Shown: positions 9,275-17,313, counted from the first letter of the stretch. The stretch is DNA of 32,000 bases from Methylorubrum extorquens (GCA_900234795.1 LT962688.1:570001-602000); one strand, 5' to 3'. Numbers and translations: made by a program. The notes: a model not told the origin generated them from the letters alone.

Positions 9275-10495
9275 GTGCTCCTCGAAACGCTCCTCGCCGT
9301 GACGATGCTGCTGCCGCGGATCGAGCCCGCGCTCGACACGGCTCGGGCGCGCCTGCCGCCTCTCCCCCGCGCGGCCGAGGCGGCCCCGGCGCCCGCGCCG
9401 AGCTTCAGCCTCGTGGCGCGGGCCGTCTCGAACTGGCGGGAACAGGCGGGCGAGAACCTCGCGCCGGGCTCGCTCGCCTTCGTCGTCCGGCACGCGGCGA
9501 CGGAGCCGGGCTTCGTCGCCCGCTGTGTGCGGCTCAACAATTACTGGTGCATCAAACAGGCGCGGTGGAGCGGCGAGCTCGGCGGCGACGCGGAGGGCCA
9601 TACCGGCTTCGCGACCGCCGCCGACGGGGCGGATGCGGCGGTGCAGCTCCTGCGCCGCTACCAGCGTGATTACGGACGCCGCTCGGCACTCGCCATCGTG
9701 CGCCGCTGGGCGCCCGCCGAGTGCGGCGTGGCCCGCCCCGTCGCTGCCGCGCCCGTCGGCGGAAAGCCGAGGCCGCCGGCACGCCAAGCCGCCGGGCCCG
9801 CCGTGTCGACGACGACCGCACCACGGGGCATCGGCGGAACGTTGCGCGCCCGCTTCCTCGCGCGGCATGGGCGGGGCGGGGTCGCGCGGGCCGCGCCGAG
9901 CGCCGCCGCGGGGCTGCGGGTGCAACCTTGGTCGGCCCGTGCGCGGCTCGCCGGGCATCCCGGCCGGGCGCCCCGTGCCGTGGCAGGATCGACCGTCTCC
10001 GTGCCGAGGCCGGCCGCCGACATCGCGACGGGCCTGACCGAGGCACCGAAGATCGCGGCCAAGTCTCCGCCGGCGGTCAACCCGGCCCGTACTCTCGTCG
10101 CCTCCGGCGCGGCCAATCCTGCCGCCCTGCTGGCGCCCGACCGGCTCACGGCGGAGGCGGCAGCACTGCCCTCGATCGCCGCCTCGCTGCCGAAGGGCAG
10201 CCTGCTCGATCTCAGCCTCCCGGCCCCTGTCTGCGCCAACGACGAGACGCGCATCCGCAACTACGCCGCGCGGATCGCCGACAGCGTCGGCCTCAAGCCC
10301 GACGACGATCTGCGCCTGTTCCGCGACGACGGCCGGCCGAGCGACAACCTCCTGCCGGTGCTGCTGGCGATGTCCTCGGTCGAACTCGGTACGCTGCACG
10401 CCTCGAAGGCACTGGTGAGCGCGGCGATCGAGCGGCTCGAGGCGCGCCTCTCCGGAACCGCCTCGTCGGAAGCACGGTCGAATTCCGCACTCTAG
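9275..10495 (+). CDS. Hypothetical protein: N-terminal Cys-containing domain, Pro/Ala/Arg-rich linker, C-terminal helical domain
   Basis: 406 aa with high GC3 in this frame. The start is the GTG at 9275, or alternatively the ATG at 9305. Distinctive stretch: CVRLNNYWCIKQARWSGELGGDAEGHTGF. No family recognised. Confidence 0.55.
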   Translation: MLLETLLAVTMLLPRIEPALDTARARLPPLPRAAEAAPAPAPSFSLVARAVSNWREQAGENLAPGSLAFVVRHAATEPGFVARCVRLNNYWCIKQARWSGELGGDAEGHTGFATAADGADAAVQLLRRYQRDYGRRSALAIVRRWAPAECGVARPVAAAPVGGKPRPPARQAAGPAVSTTTAPRGIGGTLRARFLARHGRGGVARAAPSAAAGLRVQPWSARARLAGHPGRAPRAVAGSTVSVPRPAADIATGLTEAPKIAAKSPPAVNPARTLVASGAANPAALLAPDRLTAEAAALPSIAASLPKGSLLDLSLPAPVCANDETRIRNYAARIADSVGLKPDDDLRLFRDDGRPSDNLLPVLLAMSSVELGTLHASKALVSAAIERLEARLSGTASSEARSNSAL

Positions 10496-10822
10496 GACTA
10501 CGCCTCGAAGAGCACCGACCGGCCTGCGCGATGAAGCGCGCAGAGTGGAGAAGCACTACTCCCAAGGAGGCAGATGATCGCCGCCGTCCCGCTGGTATGG
10601 TCGTAGTAACGTCTCTCGGGGGCTTGCGGAAAACCGGTCGAGACACCGGTCCTCACACTCCCGGCGACGCGATGACCCTCCTGCTCGTCACGCGAAGGCA
10701 GGTGTGCCTCATCGGACGCCCGATCGCCGAGAGCGCCCGGCTCCAACCCGGCGGCGCGGCTGGCGTCCGGTGCGGGATGCCCGACCTCCGCCGATGAGCC
10801 GCACGGCCAGACGAGGATCGGG

Positions 10823-13800
10823 ATGTCCTGCATCGACGGCGAGGCTGTTTTCCAGTCGATCCCAGCCCGTTACGCCGCGCCCGGTTCGGACGGGGAGGGG
10901 CGGCCGGTCGTCCCCCTCGCCACGCCGACGCCGGAGGAACTGCAGGAGGTCTTCCGGCATCAGCTCGATGCCGTGTGCCGCGTGGTGGAGGAGCAGCTTC
11001 GCACGCTCGCGCTGACCTTCACAGCCGCGCGGGTGAGCCGGCCCGAGCCGCAATCATCGCCGGCTCTGCCGATGGCGGATCGCGGGGCAGAGCGGCCGCT
11101 GACCGACGGGGAGGCCGAGATCTGGCTCGCCGCGCAGTTCGGTGCCGACGCCAATGCCGCGATGACCGAGATCGTCACCCTGCGGCTCGACGGCCCGCTC
11201 GACGCCGAGCGGCTTCTCTCCGTCGTGAGAGCGGTGCTCGGCCGCCACGACGCCCTGCGCAGCCGCTTTTCCCCGAGCGGCGAGACCGTGCGGATCGATC
11301 CCGCGGGCCTCGTGCCGGTGCGATGGATCGATCTCGCGGGCGACTCCGATCCGGAGGCTGCTCTGGCGGCACATCTTCACGCACAAGCGGGCCTCTCGTT
11401 CGATCCCGTCGCCGGCCCGGTGGCGCAGGCCGACCTCGTTCGCCTCGGCGAGCGGCGTCACGTCCTCGTCCTCTCGGCCCACCACATCGCCTGCGACGGC
11501 TGGTCCTTCGCGGTCCTGGCCGACGCGATCGCGAGCGCCTACCGCGCCGCGCCGGAGGAGTTGGCGCCGGCCCCGCAGACCACGGGCTGTGCTCCATCGG
11601 AGGCGGAGGCGAGCCGGGCGCTGGATTACTGGGCCGGGCTCTATGCGAGCTTGCCCGAGCCGCTCGACCTGCCGGCCGACCATCCGCGGCCGAAGCTGCG
11701 CGGCTTTGCCGGCGACACCCGAAGCGCCGCTCTGCCTCCGCCGCTCGTCGCCGCGCTCAAAGCGCTGGCGGCGCGCCAGGGGCAGACGCTGAACGCCACG
11801 CTGCTCGCGGCCTTTCAAGTGCTCCTTGCCCGGCTCTCGGGGCAGGACGATCTCGTCGTCGGCGTGCCGATGGCGGGCCAGCCGCGCCGCGGCGAGCCGG
11901 ACCTCGTCGGGCACCACGCCGATTTCCTGCCGCTGCGGGCCCGGTTCGACCCGGACGAACCCTTCGCTGCCCAACTCGCCCGCACCGGCGCGGCCCTGGC
12001 CGAGGCCGCCGCTCACGCCGATTGCACCCTGGGGCGGCTGCTGCGCCATCTCGACCGGCCGCACGATCCGGCGCGCCCGCCGCTGGCGCAGGTGCAGTTC
12101 AACCTCCAGCGTTTCGCCGACGCCATCGATTTCGGGGCGGGCCTGCGCGGCACGCTCGCACCCGCGCCGAAGCGCTTCTCGACGTTCGAACTCACCGTCA
12201 GTCTCACCGAAACGTCCGACGGGCTGACCGTTGAGGCCACCTACAACCGCGCCCTGTTCGATCCGGCGACGATCGAGCGCTGGATCGGGCACTACCTCAC
12301 CCTGCTCGAGCATCTCGCCCGCGATCCCGCGCAGCCGGTCGGGCGCGTTCCGCTGCTTGATGCGGCCGAGCGGCAGACCATGCTGGTGGCCTGGAACGCG
12401 ACCGAGACAGCCCATCCGCTCAGGGTCGGGGCGATGCGGGCCTTCAGGCTCCACGCCCGGCGCGACCCGGACCGGATCGCGATCCGTTTCGGCGAAGAGA
12501 CCGTCTCCTACGGCGCCCTCGACCGCTGGGCCGATCGCGTCGCCGCGGCGTTGCAGGGAAGCGCTCTGCCCGAGGGGGCCCGCGTCGGCCTGCTCATGCG
12601 CCGCTCGCCCGGCCTCGTCGCGGCGATGCTCGGCGCTTTGCGCGCCGGCATCCCTTACGTCCCGCTCGACCCGGCCATGCCGCCTGCCCGCCGCGCGGGA
12701 ATCGTCGCCGATGCCGGGATCGGCGCGATGCTCACGCTTGCGGCCGACCGCGCGCTCCTGCCGGAGGGCCCCCGGATCATCGAGGTCGATCGTCTCGACG
12801 GGCCGGCGCCGACCCGCTTCCCGCGCGTGCCGGCGGAGCGGGCCGCCTACCTGATCTACACGTCGAGCACGACCGGCGCGCCGAAGGGCGTCGAGGTGCT
12901 GCATCGCGGCCTTTCGAACCTGCTGTTCTCGATGGCGCGGGCACCTGGGATCGCACGCGACGACCGGCTGCTGGCGGTGACGACGATCACCTTCGACATC
13001 GCCGGGCTCGAATTGCTGCTGCCGCTGATCCGCGGCGCCCAGATCGTGCTCGCCTCGGCCGAGGAAGCGCGCGACGGCCACGCCCTCCTCGCCCGCCTGG
13101 AACGGGACGAGGCCACCATGCTCCAGGCGACGCCGATGACGTGGCGGCTCCTGCTGGAGGCGGGTTTCCGCTCCCGTCCCGGCTTCAAGATGCTGTGCGG
13201 CGGCGAAGCGCTTCCGCTCGATTTAGCCCGGCGCCTCACCGAGGGCGGAGGCGAACTCTGGAACCTCTACGGGCCGACGGAGACGACGATCTGGTCCTCG
13301 GCCGCGCGGGTCGATCCGGGGGAGGAGACGGTCACGGTCGGGCGGCCGATCGACAACACCAGCCTGTTCATCCTCGACGCGCAGGGCGAGCCGGTGCCGG
13401 TCGGGGTCACGGGTGAATTGCTGATCGGCGGGATCGGGCTCGCCCGCGGCTATCTCGGACGGCCGGACCTGACGCAGCGCAGCTTCACCGCGAGTACGCT
13501 ACCGGAATGCGCCGGGGCGCAACTCTACCGGACCGGCGACCGCGCCCGCTACCGGCCGGACGGACGCGTCGAGATCCTGGGACGGGCCGACCACCAGATC
13601 AAGCTGCGCGGCTACCGGATCGAGCCCGCTGAGATCGAGGCGGTGCTGCTGCGCCAGACCGGGCTGCACGCCGTCGTGGTGCTGCGCCCTGACGCGGCGG
13701 GCGAGGATCGCCTCGTCTGCTACTTCGTGCGCCCCGAGGGCGAGGCGGCGCCCACCCTGCGCAATCTGCGCGCCGCGCTCGCCCGCGAACTCCCCGATTA

Positions 13801-14284
13801 CATGATCCCCTCAGAATGGGTCCGGCTGTCGGCCCTGCCGCTGACGGCGAGCGGCAAGGTCGATCGCCGGGCGCTGCCCGCTCCCGAGGCCCGGCCCACC
13901 GGTTCGGCCGAGCCGGCCGCCGCGATCAAGCTTCCCCTCAAGCCCGCTCCGGTCCCGACCTCCGACGACGGCCTCGAGACCACCCTCGCGGCGATCTGGC
14001 GGGAGGTGCTGGGGCTCGCCAGTGTGGAGCGGGACGACGACCTGATCGCGTTGGGTGCAGATTCGCTCAGCGTGTTCCGCATCGTCGCGCGGGCGCGGCG
14101 GGAGAACCTGCCGCTCGGGGCCGGCGATCTGTTTCAGGAACGCACCATCGCCCGGGTCGCGGCCCTGCTGCACGGGCGCCTCGGGGAAGGGCGCGAAACA
14201 CCGGCCGCCGCGCGCGCGCCGATCCCGTCGATCCGGCGCCCGAGGCCCGCCGACGCCGACCGCGCCGCGGTCGGTCAGGCGTGA
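10823..14284 (+). CDS. Non-ribosomal peptide synthetase, single module C-A-T (A domain predicted to activate glycine)
   Basis: - 1153 aa; GAGGA Shine-Dalgarno at 10814-10818.
- C domain: PLTDGEAEIWLAAQ, GRHDALRSRF, HHIACDG (11480-11500).
- A domain: LIYTSSTTGAPKG (A3), FDIAGLEL (A4), NLYGPTETT (A5), GELLIGGIGLARGY (A7), YRTGDRARYRPDGRVEILGRADHQIKLRGYRIE (A8), GK (Lys codon 13856-13858, A10).
- T domain: LGADSLS (Ser codon 14063-14065). Confidence 0.95.
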   Translation: MSCIDGEAVFQSIPARYAAPGSDGEGRPVVPLATPTPEELQEVFRHQLDAVCRVVEEQLRTLALTFTAARVSRPEPQSSPALPMADRGAERPLTDGEAEIWLAAQFGADANAAMTEIVTLRLDGPLDAERLLSVVRAVLGRHDALRSRFSPSGETVRIDPAGLVPVRWIDLAGDSDPEAALAAHLHAQAGLSFDPVAGPVAQADLVRLGERRHVLVLSAHHIACDGWSFAVLADAIASAYRAAPEELAPAPQTTGCAPSEAEASRALDYWAGLYASLPEPLDLPADHPRPKLRGFAGDTRSAALPPPLVAALKALAARQGQTLNATLLAAFQVLLARLSGQDDLVVGVPMAGQPRRGEPDLVGHHADFLPLRARFDPDEPFAAQLARTGAALAEAAAHADCTLGRLLRHLDRPHDPARPPLAQVQFNLQRFADAIDFGAGLRGTLAPAPKRFSTFELTVSLTETSDGLTVEATYNRALFDPATIERWIGHYLTLLEHLARDPAQPVGRVPLLDAAERQTMLVAWNATETAHPLRVGAMRAFRLHARRDPDRIAIRFGEETVSYGALDRWADRVAAALQGSALPEGARVGLLMRRSPGLVAAMLGALRAGIPYVPLDPAMPPARRAGIVADAGIGAMLTLAADRALLPEGPRIIEVDRLDGPAPTRFPRVPAERAAYLIYTSSTTGAPKGVEVLHRGLSNLLFSMARAPGIARDDRLLAVTTITFDIAGLELLLPLIRGAQIVLASAEEARDGHALLARLERDEATMLQATPMTWRLLLEAGFRSRPGFKMLCGGEALPLDLARRLTEGGGELWNLYGPTETTIWSSAARVDPGEETVTVGRPIDNTSLFILDAQGEPVPVGVTGELLIGGIGLARGYLGRPDLTQRSFTASTLPECAGAQLYRTGDRARYRPDGRVEILGRADHQIKLRGYRIEPAEIEAVLLRQTGLHAVVVLRPDAAGEDRLVCYFVRPEGEAAPTLRNLRAALARELPDYMIPSEWVRLSALPLTASGKVDRRALPAPEARPTGSAEPAAAIKLPLKPAPVPTSDDGLETTLAAIWREVLGLASVERDDDLIALGADSLSVFRIVARARRENLPLGAGDLFQERTIARVAALLHGRLGEGRETPAAARAPIPSIRRPRPADADRAAVGQA

Positions 14285-14295
14285 GGGCGGGCGGG

Positions 14296-16866
14296 ATGCG
14301 GCATTTCACGCAGGAATCGCCGGCCATGACCGGCGAGGTTCACGGCGGCGACGCCTTCACGGCCCGCTGCTCCCACAGCCAGACGCGGTTCTGGCTGCTC
14401 GATCAGTTGAGGCCGGGCGATCCGAGCCTGCACGTCGCCGCCCGCTGGCGCATCGCCGGACGGCTCGACGCCGAGATCCTCACCCGTGCCTTCCGCCTCT
14501 TGCTTGACCGGCACGAGGCTTTGCGCACGTCGATCGTCGGGGAGGGCGGGCGACCGGTGCAGCGGATCGCCGGAACGGTGCCGCTGGCCTTCTCCGAAAT
14601 CGACCTCTCCGGCCTGCCCGGCGACCGCCTCGGCGAGGCGCGCGCGATCGCCGAGTCGGAGGCCGGGAAGCCCTTCGATCTGGCCCGCGCGCCGCTCGTG
14701 CGGGTGACGCTGCTGCGGCTCGGGCGCGGCGATTCCCTGCTGCTCGTCACCGCCCATCACAGCATCTGCGACGGCTGGTCGATGGTGGTGCTGGCCCGCG
14801 AGTTCGTCGCGATCTACGGCGCCCTGATCCGGGGACAGGTACCGGCTCTGGCGCCTGCGGCCCTGCACTATGCCGACTTCGCGGAATGGGAGATCTCCCC
14901 GGCCCTCGCCGAGGCGGCGGAACGCGACCTCGCCTTCTGGGCACGCTCGTTGCGCGATCTCATCCCGTTCGAGCTGCCGCCGGACCATCCCCGCCGCCCC
15001 GGCCGGGAGCGCCGCTTCGCCGCCGAGACCCGCCCGCTTTCCGCCGATCTCGGCGCGCGCATGGAAGCGTACGCGCGGGCGCAGGGCGCCACCCCCTTCG
15101 TCCTCGCCTGCACCATCCTGTTCGGGCTCCTGAGCGCGCGCACCGGGCGCGGCGACATCGCCATCGGCACGCAGGTGCTGGGGCGCGACGAGATCGAGCT
15201 GGAAGGCGTCGTCGGCACCTTTGTGAACACGCTGGTGCTTCGGACCCGTGTCGAAGCGGAGCAGAGCTTCGCCGAGCGGCTGGCGGCGACCCGCCGGACG
15301 ATCCTCGACGCCTGCGATCACGCGCTCGCCCCCTTCGACCGGGTGGTGCAGGCGCTGGCGCCCTGCCGCGACGGGCTGCGGCCGCCGCTGGTCTCGGCCA
15401 ACGTCCGGATGCGGCCGGCGCCCCAGGCGACGCCGTCCGGCGGGTCCTCAGTCGGGGAGCCGGCCCCGATCCGCCTCGTCGATCTCGACTACGCCGCCAC
15501 CGGCAGCTTTTTCGACCTCGATCTCGAACTCGCGCCGGGCGAGGCCGGCTGGCGCCTGATCTGCGAGTACGATGCGGGCCTCTACGCGGCGGAGACCGTC
15601 GCCGGCCTGCTCGCCGATTTCGAGCAGGCGGCTCGCGCGGCGGTCGGGGCGCGGCTGCCTGATCCGGCCCCTCTGGGAAGGGGCGGGGGAGGGATCGCGG
15701 GCGAGCGTGAACAGGCATCCCGAGAAGAGGGTCAGCCGGAGGGGGAGGAGACGGCCGCGCGGGTGACGCCGGTTGCGGCACCTGCCCCTGAGACGCCGCC
15801 TCCCTCGGCGGGCGAGGCGGCGGGCGAACTTCTGCCGACGATACGCACGATCTGGCGGGAGATGCTCGGCCGCCCCGACCTGTCCGACGACGAGGATTTC
15901 TTTGCGGCGGGCGGGCACTCGCTGCTGGCCGCCCGCGTCGTCGCGCGGATCGAGGCGGCGACGGGCCGAACCGTTCCGCTCTGGTCGTTCTTCGAGGCGG
16001 GCACGGTCGCACGGCTCTGCGCCTTCCTCAGCGGCGAGGCGGCGGCGGGCGTGCGGCACCGCGCGCTTCAGGAGCCGACGGCGCAGGCGCGGCCCGGCTT
16101 CACCGCGATCCACCACGCCGCGGCCGATCAGGAACTCTACCGGCCCCTGTCCGAGGCCCTGGGGGCGGACCATCCCTTCGCGACGCTGCAACTGGAAAGC
16201 CGGGTTCCGCCCCACGAGGAAACCCTGGAGCGGCTGGCCGGCGCCTATCGCGAGGCGATCGATGCCGCGCAGCCGCAGGGGCCGATCCGCCTCGTCGGGT
16301 TCTGTCGCTCGGGCGTTCTCGCCTTCGAGATCGCCCGGCAGTTCGCGCAGGGCAGCCGGGACGTCGCCCTCGTCGTCCTGATCGATTGCTGGGAGCCCGG
16401 CTATATCAGGCGCCTCAAGCCGCTCGCGCGCATGCGGGTGATGGTGGCCTACCGGCGCGGCCGGCTCGCCGCGCTCATCCGCCACGTCCGCCGCGACGGC
16501 ATCGGCTACCTCGGCTCGCGGGCCCATCTCTGGTTCCGCTCGCATCGCGCCTGGCGCGGGTTGCGGCGCGCCCTGAACCGGGTGGGGCTCGCCACCCCGA
16601 GCCCGGAGGACGCGTTCTGGCAAGTGACCGACGAACTCGACGCGCTCGCCCTGGCCTACGAGCCGCGCCCCCATCCCGGGCCGGTGCTGATCGTCCGCAG
16701 CGAGAGTGTTCCGGTCGGCCCTGCGCTCGACCCGATGCTCGGCTGGCGCGCCTATGCCGAGAACTGCGAAAGCGTGAGCGTTCCGGGCTTCGGCCACGAG
16801 GGCGCGTTCTCTCCCGCCGGCTGCCGGGTGATGGCCGCCAAGATCAGCCTGATGGCGTGCCGGTGA
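14296..16866 (+). CDS. Non-ribosomal peptide synthetase, terminal module C-T-TE lacking an adenylation domain; the TE has Cys at the nucleophile position
   Basis: - Start at the ATG at 14296 (or 14326), 12 nt after the upstream stop. The 160 codons of the track ORF before that overlap the previous gene.
- C domain: SHSQTRFWLLDQL, DRHEALRTS, HHSICDG (14755-14775), YADFAEWE, VGTFVNTLVLR.
- An acidic/Pro-rich linker of about 90 aa follows.
- T domain: FFAAGGHSLLA (Ser codon 15919-15921).
- TE: LVGFCRSGVLAFEIA (Cys codon 16303-16305), VVLIDCW, VPGFGHEG. Confidence 0.92.
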   Translation: MRHFTQESPAMTGEVHGGDAFTARCSHSQTRFWLLDQLRPGDPSLHVAARWRIAGRLDAEILTRAFRLLLDRHEALRTSIVGEGGRPVQRIAGTVPLAFSEIDLSGLPGDRLGEARAIAESEAGKPFDLARAPLVRVTLLRLGRGDSLLLVTAHHSICDGWSMVVLAREFVAIYGALIRGQVPALAPAALHYADFAEWEISPALAEAAERDLAFWARSLRDLIPFELPPDHPRRPGRERRFAAETRPLSADLGARMEAYARAQGATPFVLACTILFGLLSARTGRGDIAIGTQVLGRDEIELEGVVGTFVNTLVLRTRVEAEQSFAERLAATRRTILDACDHALAPFDRVVQALAPCRDGLRPPLVSANVRMRPAPQATPSGGSSVGEPAPIRLVDLDYAATGSFFDLDLELAPGEAGWRLICEYDAGLYAAETVAGLLADFEQAARAAVGARLPDPAPLGRGGGGIAGEREQASREEGQPEGEETAARVTPVAAPAPETPPPSAGEAAGELLPTIRTIWREMLGRPDLSDDEDFFAAGGHSLLAARVVARIEAATGRTVPLWSFFEAGTVARLCAFLSGEAAAGVRHRALQEPTAQARPGFTAIHHAAADQELYRPLSEALGADHPFATLQLESRVPPHEETLERLAGAYREAIDAAQPQGPIRLVGFCRSGVLAFEIARQFAQGSRDVALVVLIDCWEPGYIRRLKPLARMRVMVAYRRGRLAALIRHVRRDGIGYLGSRAHLWFRSHRAWRGLRRALNRVGLATPSPEDAFWQVTDELDALALAYEPRPHPGPVLIVRSESVPVGPALDPMLGWRAYAENCESVSVPGFGHEGAFSPAGCRVMAAKISLMACR

Positions 16867-16916
16867 TCCGATCTGCCGCACTTCGCCGCACACGCAGCGG
16901 GCGAGCCTAGATCCGC

Positions 16917-16946
16917 TTGCAATCCCTTCGCGGCCGAGAGTAATTT
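16917..16946 (+). promoter_or_regulatory. Candidate sigma70-like promoter (TTGCAA, 18-bp spacer, TAATTT) in the most AT-rich patch of the window
   Basis: ttgcaa at 16917-16922 and taattt at 16941-16946, about 35 nt upstream of the small ORF ATG at 16982. This is pattern matching only. Confidence 0.3.
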
Positions 16947-16981
16947 AGGTTAATAAGCAGCAGGCGGTGCATGGGGGAGCG

Positions 16982-17149
16982 ATGACGGGCCTGTCGTTGG
17001 TGATCTGTGGAGCGATCGGCGTCGGATTTCTCGCGATGCTGTTCCTTCTGCACGAACTCAAGAACGCTCCCTACGACGACGGCCTCGAACCCGAGCAGGT
17101 GGTGTCCGAACTCGAAAAGCAGAGGTTGCGCTACCGGTCGCGGGATTAG
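16982..17149 (+). CDS. Small single-pass membrane protein (55 aa), hypothetical
   Basis: ATG at 16982, preceded by GGGGGA (16973-16978). Sequence MTGLSLVICGAIGVGFLAMLFLLHEL followed by an acidic/basic tail. The track start (GTG at 16967) is less likely. It lies between the convergent NRPS and glycan operons. Confidence 0.4.
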   Translation: MTGLSLVICGAIGVGFLAMLFLLHELKNAPYDDGLEPEQVVSELEKQRLRYRSRD

Positions 17150-17313
17150 CGACGCGATACGGTGGTCGTTCGATCGAAGCAGGAAGTGTCACGCTCGGCC
17201 GGCGCGGCGCTTGAGCGAAACCCAGCTCCGTCATGCCGAAGGGGTCGACCGGATCAGGGATGAGGTCGGACCCCATCCGCGGACCTGCTCGTATTCCGAT
17301 AAGCCGCGCGTCC

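Noticed and set aside
13816-14295. 160-codon N-terminal extension of the second NRPS ORF, overlapping the first NRPS.
   Set aside because: It overlaps the T domain of the upstream gene in another frame, and its translation is Arg/Gly/Pro-rich. C-domain homology begins only after the ATG at 14296 or 14326.
17241-17274. Imperfect inverted repeat GGGGTCGACC / GGTCGGACCCC between the small ORF and the GT4 stop, considered as a bidirectional terminator.
   Set aside because: The stem has a bulge, the loop is 13 nt, and there is no T or A tract on either side. This is too weak to call.
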